Part shown: positions 53,889-64,000 of the stretch, piece by piece | How positions within the stretch are numbered: the first letter of the stretch is position 1 | How the letters are laid out: each line of letters starts with the position of its first letter | NCBI GenBank assembly: GCA_050084515.1 | Contig: CM114271.1 | Location: forward strand, 24,986,001-25,050,000 | Direction of reading: 5' to 3' | DNA: 64,000 nt | Source of the DNA: Blasia pusilla | Lineage: Eukaryota | The notes under the pieces: model-generated | What the model saw: only the letters and a program-made list of their open reading frames with translations | Database searches by the model: none | What the model was told of the DNA's origin: nothing | Made by a program: the position numbers and the translations under genes

Positions 53889-54179
53889 CAAGGTTGCATA
53901 TGGACAAAATTCATGTCCGTGGACTTATGTCCGTCCTATGGAAGGACTTGTCCATCTCGGTCCCACTTTTTCCTACCTTTTGCTTCCACTTACTTGCCTT
54001 TGTGTTCCATACTCCCCCATTTCTTCCTCCCTCCACCTCCATTCCCTCCTCCCTCATTGCTCCACTCATCCATACCTTGCCTTCCATCATGCACTATAAG
54101 TGTGGGTCCCACCTCTTAGAACCCATGTCCATGGACATATCCGTCCATGTCTATCCATGTTTGTTTTTGTGCAACCATG
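53889..54179. mobile_element. hAT-superfamily MITE
   Basis: TIR CAAGGTTGCA / TGCAACCATG; 8-bp TSD atataggc / gtataggg (6 of 8 match). Confidence 0.75.
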
Positions 54180-54704
54180 GTATAGGGTAAAATAAAAAAA
54201 ATTATGCATTCATGGACAAATTTCAAATTGGTCTTCAAAGTTTCTCAATTAGTAAAAAACTCAATCTTGCAGTCTAATGATATCAAAAAAATTGAAGTTG
54301 CAATCAATTCCAATAATTTAAAATAACTCGTGTATACTCTACCTCTAATACTGGACACAAATTCAAAATTTATTTCTTGCTGCTCGTATTTTGGGAAAAT
54401 ATTTGACATGTGGCAACCAGGTAACAAGAAATTTTTTTGTGCGACCATGATGTAGGGTAAAATTCAAAAAATCATGAATTCATGGACAAATTTCACAATG
54501 GTCTTCAAAGTTTCTCAATTAGTAAAAAATTCAATCTTGTAGTCTAATGATATCAACAAAATTGAAGTTGCAATCAACTCCAACAGTTTAAAATAACTCG
54601 TGTATAATCTACCTATAATACTGGACAAATATTCAAAATTTATTTCTTGCTGCTCGTATTTTGGGAAGATATTTGACATGTGGCAACCGGGTAACAAGAA
54701 AAAT
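54165..54704. repeat. Tandem duplication, 2 x about 270 bp
   Basis: 54165-54434 and 54435-54704 are near-identical; each unit starts with the MITE right end. Confidence 0.9.
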
Positions 54705-55319
54705 TCAAATTATTAAGGGTGTTAGGCCTGGCTAGGAAGGTCCCCATGAACGCCACATGTGAATCCTTTCACTTTTCAAATTTTCAATTATTGTTTAATT
54801 TTCCCTATACTATGCTAATATTTGAATAGAAAAGAGGCTTTTAAATAATTCTTAATTTTTTTAAAGATAAATTAAAATTAAAAAAATCGAATCCCAAAAA
54901 AAATTTAACCTCTTTTATAATCAGTTTATTTTTTATTTTATAAATTAAAAATATTATATCAAACTTTGGGGGAAAAACTAAAAATTTAATTCCAAGTTAA
55001 TTTTGGAAGAGAAATTAAATATTACTTTAGAAACATGTCATTTAATCTCCTTTTCAAGCTTTAACTATGAGGGAATTTTTAAGAATATTTTGAGACAAAA
55101 TTTGGATTAAAATAATTGACCACCATTTCCAATGTATAGCTTGAAAACTTAGAGGTATTTACTTGAAGGGAGCCTAAAGGGATGTTCTAGTAAATAAGTA
55201 GATGAAGTTCTAGAAAATAAGTCTCTTGTTTTAAGTTTATGAGAAGATGTAATGGTTACAACAATATCCATAAAGAGCACATCTACACTATAACCGTAAA
55301 CCAAATATGGAAAATAAGA

Positions 55320-55920
55320 AGAAACATTAGGACAAAGTACCAACATGTTTGAATTTTTCCCCTTAATTCACATTAGATGAGTAGAAAAAATAAATTTTAG
55401 TGGAGGAGAAAATATTTTATTAATAATTTAATTATTATTTTATATCATAATGGCTGATCTTAGATGTACAATAAAAAATAGTAAGATAATTATAAAAAAT
55501 ATCCAAAATTAAAATTTTATCCCTTAATTTTAATAGATAAGGAGTATTTAAATTCTATGGAAGGGTGAAGTTATTTAGGGGTTATTAAATTTTGATATTT
55601 TGGGAAAATTAAATGAATTTTGAGGGAAAAGAGAATTAATTTTATTAACTAAAATTAAACAATAATTTAATTAGTGGATGTTATTTTGGTGGTAAGAGTA
55701 GCAGGGGAAGAGTAGGTATTTTGAAAATTTTATGGAGGAATAAATTTTTTTAGGGGAGTTGGATAGTATTTCAATTTTAATTGAGGAGTAGAATTATTTT
55801 AAAAAATTAATACTATTTTAAGATTTAAAAATGGATATTATCGTTAAATTTTGAAATAAGATTTATTCCTACATTAGTGAAAATTTTATTTTTGTATGCA
55901 AGCACGGACAGTTTGTCTAG
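55320..55920 (+). mobile_element. Helitron family copy, 3' part (5' end unresolved)
   Basis: AT-rich interior shared with the other copies; degenerate hairpin tgcaagcacgg then CTAG|T at 55917-55921. Confidence 0.55.
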
Positions 55921-57569
55921 TTATTTTAAATTGTGGTAGTTGATTGCAACTTAATTTTTCCCAACGTCGCTAGATTACAAGATTGTTGTTTTCTTTCTAC
56001 GGGGTGATAAGCTGACTACCATTTCCAATTAATTTCCATCGTCCTCCAAAGCTTGAAAACTTAGAGGTATTTACTTGAACGAAGCACCAACGGATGTTTA
56101 TCGAGTCGACCACACTTCAATTGAACTTTTCTACTTAGCCAAACTTCTAGCTCCATGATGTGGCATCTTTTGTTTGAGACTATTTTCTTGTTACTATCTA
56201 AGTCACAATGACGAATGTTCTAAAGCCATATTTACCTCGGCTTAAGGATTGGGGGTTTGTAACTTTTATTTTTGCAATTGCCACAAGTGACAAGTTCTTA
56301 TTTCAAGAAAATTCAAAAATGTCCATACTCAATGGTCTAGGTTTCACAAGTGGTATGATGATAATGTAAAGACGAGTAAAGATAATTGCATGCCACACAA
56401 TTTCTTAGATGGATGTGCAATTGATATAGTTGCAAATGGCTGCAATTGCTCCACCACCTTTACTCATACATGTAGATATATAGTCTCGGATTTTCGGCTA
56501 GATAGAGTGTCTTCCGCAATCCAAGAAGGATACACACCACTTGATCGACTATGAGAATGCCATTGTGCATCTCATCTAAATTGGCTCACTAGACAAGGTT
56601 GTTCCACCCTATGTGGATTCCCTATGACCAAGGTTGCACGCAGAAAAAATTCGTGCCGGCTGACTTACCCGTGTTTGTGTCTGCGGACTTATCTCTGTCT
56701 CGAGGACAGACATGTCCGTGCAGGACCACGCCACTCAAGCATTCCTCCCTTGCTTGGCCCGTGCGCATCACGCCCGGTGCCCATTTTAGCTCGACCCTCG
56801 TCGTGGACAAGTTGGGCCTATATCGGGCCCTCCCGATTCGTCGCGTTGGGCGCTAGCCCATGTACGAGCTCTAGGGCCTCTTCGAGCCCGCACTCGGGTC
56901 CGCACGAATCGCATAGCACCACGTGGCATCCACGCCGTAGCCTGCCGTTACCGCGCAATTCAAGAGTTGCCATATGGCGGTCTTTAAAGCCCGCATGGAG
57001 CCCGCCTCCCGTGAACCCCACGGAGACACACGGCGGGTTGGGAGTGCTTGGGGCCAAATTTTGAACTTGGCCTCCCTTCTCCTCCCACTTCACCTTTTGG
57101 GTAAAAAACCATAAGGAAAAGGTCCACAAGTGGCCCCAAAAAGCCCAAAAGGAGGGGATTAGGGTCTAATTAACCCACTTATCCCTATTTTTCTATGTTT
57201 TATCCTTTTTTTGTGACATATTTTGGATTAGACTGCAAATTTCATTGGTGCATTGAGAGCTAAGGGCCTCCAAGGTTACTAAGAACTTTGGGGAAATCGG
57301 TTGGGTGCCTTTTGGGGGTAGTTGGATTTTGTTTGTGACCAACTTGGAATTCCAAGAATAATTTCAACATGGCCATCAGAGAGGCATGGTTAGACTGGTT
57401 TTTCCAACTTTCATCAAAGAAGAGACCATCCTACATTTCGAGGGGTATGGATGCTTTCCATGACGACACCTTGGAATTGCAAAGATTGTCCAAGAGAGTG
57501 GCAAAGGCATTTAATTGGGAAGTGGATGCCAAAGAGGTTGATAGGTTAACTAAATTTTGTGCCCAATAA

Positions 57570-58060
57570 TATGTTCCCCTGGGGAGAGCGTATGTCAATC
57601 TCAAGATATATATAAGTAATCATGTCTTTCCTTCCTATTGAAACGTTTGATGGGAAACCCATCAGGATACAAAGGAGCGGGGCATAAAGAGACAAAAACC
57701 CATGGGCTAAAACCGGACCTGAAGAGACAGAAGGGGACCTTCCCCCCCTAACGACCAAACTCACCAACAACAGAGATAATATCAGCAACATCTAGAGAAA
57801 TATGGCTACTACTAAGTGGGCCTCTAGCATTGGCATTTCCAATCGTCTGAGCCCGCCGCAAAAGCTCATTTGCGTGGGCACGCTGCAAAGCTATGGAGAC
57901 ACGTTGCCTACAATTAAGAATTGCAGTGGCTAAGGACAACCCATTTCTCGACTGGAGATGATGGGATGAGAAATTGAATGTTGCAGAGTCCGCTCTCATA
58001 GAAAAATTCAGTGTAGAGTTAAGAAATGCTCAACATCTTTTCAAGGGACGTGTTACTTCT
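57570..58060 (-). mobile_element. 3' fragment of a CRE/NeSL-like (RLE-type) non-LTR retrotransposon
   Basis: RQRVSIALQRAHANELLRRA resembles the C-terminal QR.S..LQR.NA motif of these elements, followed by a stop and a short 3' UTR. Confidence 0.55.
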
Positions 58061-58083
58061 GTGGGGTAGACATTGACAATTCC

Positions 58084-59001
58084 ATGTGGAATAACATGGA
58101 TTTTTATAGTATTATAGTAGTAGGATATTATCCGAGCAGTATTGTGGGATCCGGTTCACACCGAACAATGTACCATTGTAAAATAAATGGAACCATAGGC
58201 TTTAGTGAAGATATGTACTATTACATGAAGGTGTATAAGGAATCATTTCTATCATTTAAAGAAAATCGATGATGCACGAGAAGTTTTTTGGGGGTTATTT
58301 TAAATCGCGGTGTCGTTTGCATGGTGGAAAGGTTAATCAAGGATCCACCGCGTACTATCTATCCATATTGGAATGGTAGGCACCTTGAAAATTGGTTGCG
58401 AGCATGCCATGCCTTGAAGAACGACGGGGCGAGTTTAGGAGAGTTGGAAAAGATCAAATGTCTCGCAATAGCATCAAATATTGTCCAGCTTGTGGTTGCC
58501 CTTCTCGGTACCATGGAGACTGTCAACAAGCGTGGGGTTTTTCGTACCGACCTCCATACTAGGAATATTTTCATCCATTTTGGATCCAACTCTAACCCAT
58601 ACATCGGCGTTGGAGATTGGGAAAATGCTATGTGGACTGATGAAAACTTAAACTCACCTCATAGATGGTGGCAGCATGAACAAAAAAATCATGTCGGGTA
58701 TATAGCACCAGAGTTGACAGCGGGGCCTGAGAATCTTCCTTTTAGCAAGACCAATGAAATCTATGCCCTAGGAATGATGGTGAAGAATTCGAACCATGTG
58801 ACATACCACCTAGTTGTCGGGGATGACCAAGCAAATGTGAGATTTACTTATTTGGAAAGGATTCGAAAGTGGACATTAGCTCCAAATTCCTCTGATGGTA
58901 AAAGCTTAGAGTATCTTATTGTAGATATAAGATCAAATGCAAAAATATTAGGTGTAGACGATGTAGATTGGAGATTAAGGCCAGTAACCGTGGTAGTGTG
59001 A
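58084..59001 (+). pseudogene. Intronless protein kinase with one in-frame stop (58270-58272)
   Basis: Gly loop IVGSGSHRTMY, lysine in YYMKVY, catalytic loop RTDLHTRNIF, IGVGDW, YIAPEL, EIYALG. The 58084 and 58288 ORFs are in the same frame. Confidence 0.8.
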
Positions 59002-59298
59002 TTGTAAATTCGTTCGAGGATTGGATATTTTTCATAAGAAATGGAAGACTTGATTGAAAAAGATGAATGTGTTACTCTGAATTTTTGTAAATGATGAAGA
59101 ATGGTTGATCCATGGATCTATCATGTGTCATCATATCACTATTATTGGAATCATTTCTAAATGACCCTTTCTTTTTGTATTTTGGTAAAAGACAAGATGG
59201 AGTTGCCACCTCATGAAGACCATAGTCCTCATGACAATGAGAATGACGAAAGAGGGGAAGAACCCTTCGATACATGGAGATAATCGACGCCCGTAAAG

Positions 59299-60914
59299 GT
59301 GAACAAGAAGACGGTCTCACAATTCGTCACGAAAGATGAATTGAAGGGGCACTTGGATAGCGCCATTGACCCACAAGTTTTGAAAGGAGAGTTCAAGAAG
59401 TCGCGACTAAAGTGGTCAGAGCGTGCGATTGGAGAATTTGCAAGAAAAGTGGAAGAAAATGAGTGGGCAAAGGATTGGGCTTTATTCAATGGCGTCCCAA
59501 ATTATGAAGATCTCCCCAAGAAGAAGAGGACGTTAGTGATCAAGGTATTTGTTCAGCTCAAAGTCGCGGAGTTGATGACGGATATGGAAGTTCAATACGC
59601 CGATGTGGATGAGGGGTCTTTGAGAAGAGATAAGAAACCCAAAGAAGAAGATTGTATAACCCCACCATTACAGTCTAAACGACCAAGAGTGGAAGCTTCA
59701 TCACCACGAGTGTCATTAGGCCATTATCAGCAAGGTGGATTGTCAAGAAGCCTTAGAGGCATACTATCTTCCTTGGATGGACAGAGAACAAATCAACCTG
59801 CTAAAGAAGAGAAACATGACGAGAGTGGAGATGAAGGGCGAGTGTAGACAGGGGTGAAGGATAGACAAATGACCTCAATGTAGGTCGTAATATGAGCTTT
59901 GATGGGCCTGGGGAGAGTTTTGATCGCCCAGTACATAGCAGTGCTCTTCCCTGAACCTTTCATGGGGAGAGTGCTCCGAATAGTAGCGAGGTAATATCTC
60001 GTCTATCGCAAATTGAGAGTTTAATAACAAATTCCCAATGCAATTTTGATTTGGCCGCGGAATTCAACTTTTTGAAGTGGAAGTATGAACAACTATATTA
60101 GGAGCACGACAGAGTGAAGAGAGAGATGGAGAGGCTTGTGAATGAATCTATTGCCAGAGATGGCCTCCTTAGAAGGCAAAGAGCTGTAATGGTTGACCAC
60201 ATAGATCAGTGGAGGAGGGCATATGAACACATCATGGCAAGCCGATAGCAAGAGATGGATGAACTAATGCGATGGAGAGCAAGGGATAAAGTGGAAGAAC
60301 TCACCCCCGAGACAACTCTACTTGAGGGTTGTCTTGTGAAGGAGGTTGATATGATCTTATTTCAACCTATCCAGCAGTTGTGGCCTCGAGCTCTACGCGC
60401 AGCATGGGACAATATTGTAGATCCAAATGCTGCCAACTATGCCTCTTTGATGTTGGCCCCAACATCTCTAAATTCGAGCACACAAGTGCAAGATCTTCCG
60501 GATTGGATGAAGGCAATCACAACAACTAAAGTAGGGGCCCTCACGCCAAACAATTGGCCCAAATGCATGATCTCCTTCAACCCAATTGCCGCAAAAGGTT
60601 GCTACATGACAAGCACATGTAAAGCTTGTTATTGGCATCCATATTGCCTTCAAAAGGCCATGCTACTATCTCACAAGTGTCCAACTTGTAGACAAGCTTG
60701 GTCACGAAGACTCTATCATCTTTTCATCATATCTTTCCGCGCTCCTGAGAGCGATGCATCACCTACGTATCACAAGCAAATCCAAGAGCGAGACAATTTC
60801 ACTTTTTTTTTGGGACATCGTAGCCCCCAATCCAACTATAACCCCGAAGTGAACATAGATGGAGTAGTTCACGTAGAAATCCCTCATGAGCAAAGGATTG
60901 ATCGGGCTATATGA
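59299..60914 (+). pseudogene. Decayed ORF(s): charged/coiled-coil region followed by a RING-like zinc finger
   Basis: 59299-59847 ORF, heptad-like segment near 60000-60300, and C...CKACYWHPYCLQKAMLLSHKCPTCRQAW in 60255-60914. Confidence 0.55.
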
Positions 60915-62009
60915 GCGTGGCTGATCCGCTTCATTGATATATATGATTGAAGAGACCTCGTCCACAAAACAGCCATAGATCTCCAAAATAGAGAGGCTAA
61001 AAACTTCTTCGTTCCTTGTTGAATCCACAGGAAGTTCAAGATGCCCTCAACACAACTTGACAACTTGTGCTAAACCATCATCAAAATCCATTGGTGGATG
61101 ACCTTGTTTTGAGGAGATTCAAATTGATCTTGCCACCTTTCTTATGGATAGATATTCCTCAAAGGACAGAGGGGGGATATCCTTGAATATACCATTACCC
61201 TTGTCGAATGCGAGAGGAACTCTTTGGATTCTTTGAGAGAGGGTGGGGGATATTTCCAACACAGCCAACACAAGAATGAGATGATGGTGAAGCCGATGTT
61301 GAGTTGGAGAGGACTATTCCTCGTGGAGGTGGGACGCTTGTAACTAGAGCTAGGGGAGGAGGAGGAAGAGTTGGTGAGACGTCACGACCGGTGTTACATA
61401 TATCTGATGATGAATCAGATAAGATAGAATGAGTTCATATTTATATCTTTGTAATGTACATAAGTATGAGGTTCCTCTCAATCCATATGTTTTGTGGGGT
61501 ACCACTCATTTTTTGTAAATAAATTTTCAAAATATTTCACTTAGGAGATTTGTGAATGTGAGTCACTTATGAATGTTGTCCATGAAATGAGTTCATGAAA
61601 TGGATCAAAGTTTTCTCTAAGGTTATAAGTCCATGGGTAAGGTGGAAGGTACGATGATTGAAAGGTTTGTTTGATATAAATTCAATTATTTTATTTTTTA
61701 TATTAAAAAATATTTGCATATTTTTCTTTCATTTTTTACTTATACATTATATAAGGAGTTCTGATTAATTATTTTATAAAATAAATAATATCCAAGAAGT
61801 GTATTTTGAACATTTTCCCAACGGGCCTATATTAAAGTGAAAAGTAGAACAATTGGAATGATTTAATCATTAAAAGATTAAAAATGATATTAAAAATTAT
61901 GAATTCAAAGTTTGAAAAAAATCTATTTCATATTTTGTAAATGTATATGATAATTTACGACATTGTATCCATAATACGACAAGATACTGATATAATAGGA
62001 AAAAATAGG

Positions 62010-62745
62010 CAACATGTTTGAATTTTGTTGTTTGAGCATGGGTAGAAATTTATAAGGATTTGAGTGGAATAGAAAACAAAAGCTACTTATTAATTAAAAA
62101 TTTATTTAATATTATAATAGGTAAATATAAATATTACTAAAATAGAAAATTGTGATAAAATGAATAGATAAATATTGTGTGCCTTGATTCATATTGAATG
62201 GATAGAAGTTGAATTTTAATGGAAAAGGAATATATTTTTTTTGAATTTTATGTAAGGGTAAATTTACTTACAAGACTAGGATATCATTTCAATTTGAATT
62301 GAGGAGTATAATTACTTAGAAGAGCTAAGTTGTCCATCACCGGATTGCTATCATGGTCTGTAGGATGATGACTCCTCCCAATAATTAAGGGAAAACCCCA
62401 TTGGGTATAACACCCGTATAATTTGTACTTTTTAAAATCTTAAAAGAACAAGAAATTCTCACTTTTATAGAAGACCCATCTACCCTAAATAATCTCAATT
62501 CTCCATAATAAGTTCAAACAATAACTATTCTTTCTCTTCCATTCTTCCCACCAAAATAACATTCACTAACTAAATTCTTAGTTCATTTTCTTTAACAAAT
62601 TTGTTTTCCTTTTCCATTAGAATTCATTTTCCTTTCCCAAAATCTCACATGTGAATTAATGTGATTATTTAAAAAAATTCGAATTATTCATTTTATATTT
62701 TAAATAGAATTTATATTTTCTAAAATCTTAGAAGAATAATTACAA
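62010..62745. mobile_element. Helitron-family fragments: 62010-62320 (+) and 62420-62745 (inverted)
   Basis: Homologous to the interiors of 16322-17375 and 45046-45955. Confidence 0.6.
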
Positions 62746-62746
62746 C

Positions 62747-64000
62747 TTAGCTCTTTGCCCGTTCGATTCACGAGCGGAGAGATCGAGAAAAAGCCATGAG
62801 AGATGGCGACATTGGTAGTATTTAGCAGCGCAAGGCGCATTTCACTTCAACATATGGCGCAGTTACGCCTCCGTTCTCCCGACTTGTTGTCTGCGTCCGC
62901 CGTATAGACGTACTAGAGTTTCCTACCAAGGCATGCTTCGTTGCTAGGGGCACATGATTTGGTTCGGGTAGGGACCATCGATTTGGTTATCGCTGGTTGG
63001 CCATGTGAGGGCCAATCGAGTGTTGAACGAGGTAGCGGGTTGGCTGACACTCGATCCAGACTGTTTTGGGAGATGATGAGGATCTTGCGAGACTTGCACG
63101 AGCGTTAGTCCCATTCTCCAACGTACATTCTGAAGAATGTGTCGATTTGGATGATTCGAGGTCCCATATGTGGACAAGTGCACATCATGTGCACGAATGG
63201 ATCGGCCCAGCAGTGTTGTTGGATGCGGCGAGTGAAGGTTCACAAGCACATGGCCAGTGTCTATGATGGATCAACTTGGTGCCAAATGAGGTGTTGTGGA
63301 GGGCGTATGCAAGAGTGGAGCGCCCCTCCCATTTGTTGGTGGCCTCTATTATGGATCATGGTCGTCAATCACAAGCAATGACATATGATGATCCACCGTC
63401 ATTGATCGTGGTCAATAGGATTGGGATGCCACGCGTAGCCTTTCCCACATTTTTTAGTTGTCCTGCTTCCTATGCATACAAGGAGGCTAGACCGTGCTTG
63501 GTTTGGGATAACCAGGTACAGCGATTGGTGGAGCCCAACAGCGATGAGCGAGAACAAGCGATGGGATTTCCCATGGGAGTGACGGTGATACCGTCCGTAT
63601 TGGAGGCAAGAAATGGACTTGAATTGCTTGACGTGGATCATCGGCTTAGGAGTGGGTGAGCAGCGTCATTTGAGATTGCGATAAGTCTCAGGTGTTGCGT
63701 TGGTGAGTCCCACGCCTACCAAGATGGTTGAGGGCAGTGGCTAGGGGTGATCGGTAGAGACACCCTTGGACTTCTTGGGATGTTTTGCAGGTACGCCGAG
63801 AGATCATAGCCACAACATTGTGCGTGGTTCCAAGTAGTGCAGGTGGAGGAGATGAGATTTTGCACTTGGTTATAGGGGATCAGTTGAGTCATGTTGTTTG
63901 AGATGGGGTTGCACCGTAGCAACCACCGATACCTGCCCCGAATAGTCCTACTATAGTCATGATGGAGACTTGGGAGCTAGATTTGGGCCCTAAGATGATA
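62747..64000 (+). mobile_element. Gypsy copy 3, internal fragment with DNMT motifs IV-IX; runs off the window end. An inverted piece lies at 62329-62412
   Basis: IDLVIAGWPCEGQSS, LFWEMMRIL, TYILKNV, EPNSDEREQAMGFPMGVT; colinear with 21246-22840 apart from deletions. Confidence 0.9.

Larger units (their letters stand above)
56629..61430 (+). mobile_element. hAT-TIR-led segment carrying kinase, coiled-coil and RING ORFs (right end not found)
   Basis: Begins CAAGGTTGCAC like the MITEs, has a GC-rich subterminal region resembling the 41392 MITE, then co-oriented intronless ORFs with stops. Confidence 0.5.

Overview
Eukaryotic nuclear DNA, most likely from a non-seed land plant such as a bryophyte (inferred from gene content, intron style and TE families; not proven). 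The left quarter holds three intact spliced genes: a CCDC174/At4g18257-like gene (+), an NDUFAF3/Mth938-domain gene (-) and MND1 (-). The rest is mostly decayed transposons plus one intronless 832-aa ORF. The main feature is an unusual Ty3/Gypsy family, present as two large copies (17538-26681 +, 30350-38640 -) and fragments (38828-39211, 62329-64000). Its pol carries a DNMT3-type cytosine-5 methyltransferase between protease and RT, and its integrase ends in a PHD finger. It has no tRNA primer site but a Tf1-like self-priming complement. Its ends are not a normal LTR pair: they fit a split-direct-repeat layout (B-ORFs-A-B-A) with the TG...CA att ends joined head-to-tail inside the repeat, as expected for integration from a circle. 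Also present are non-autonomous Helitrons, hAT MITEs with 8-bp TSDs, a hAT-ended segment carrying kinase and RING ORFs, a CRE-like non-LTR 3' fragment, a long (AG)n and a microinversion. All family assignments come from motif recognition by eye, not database searches.
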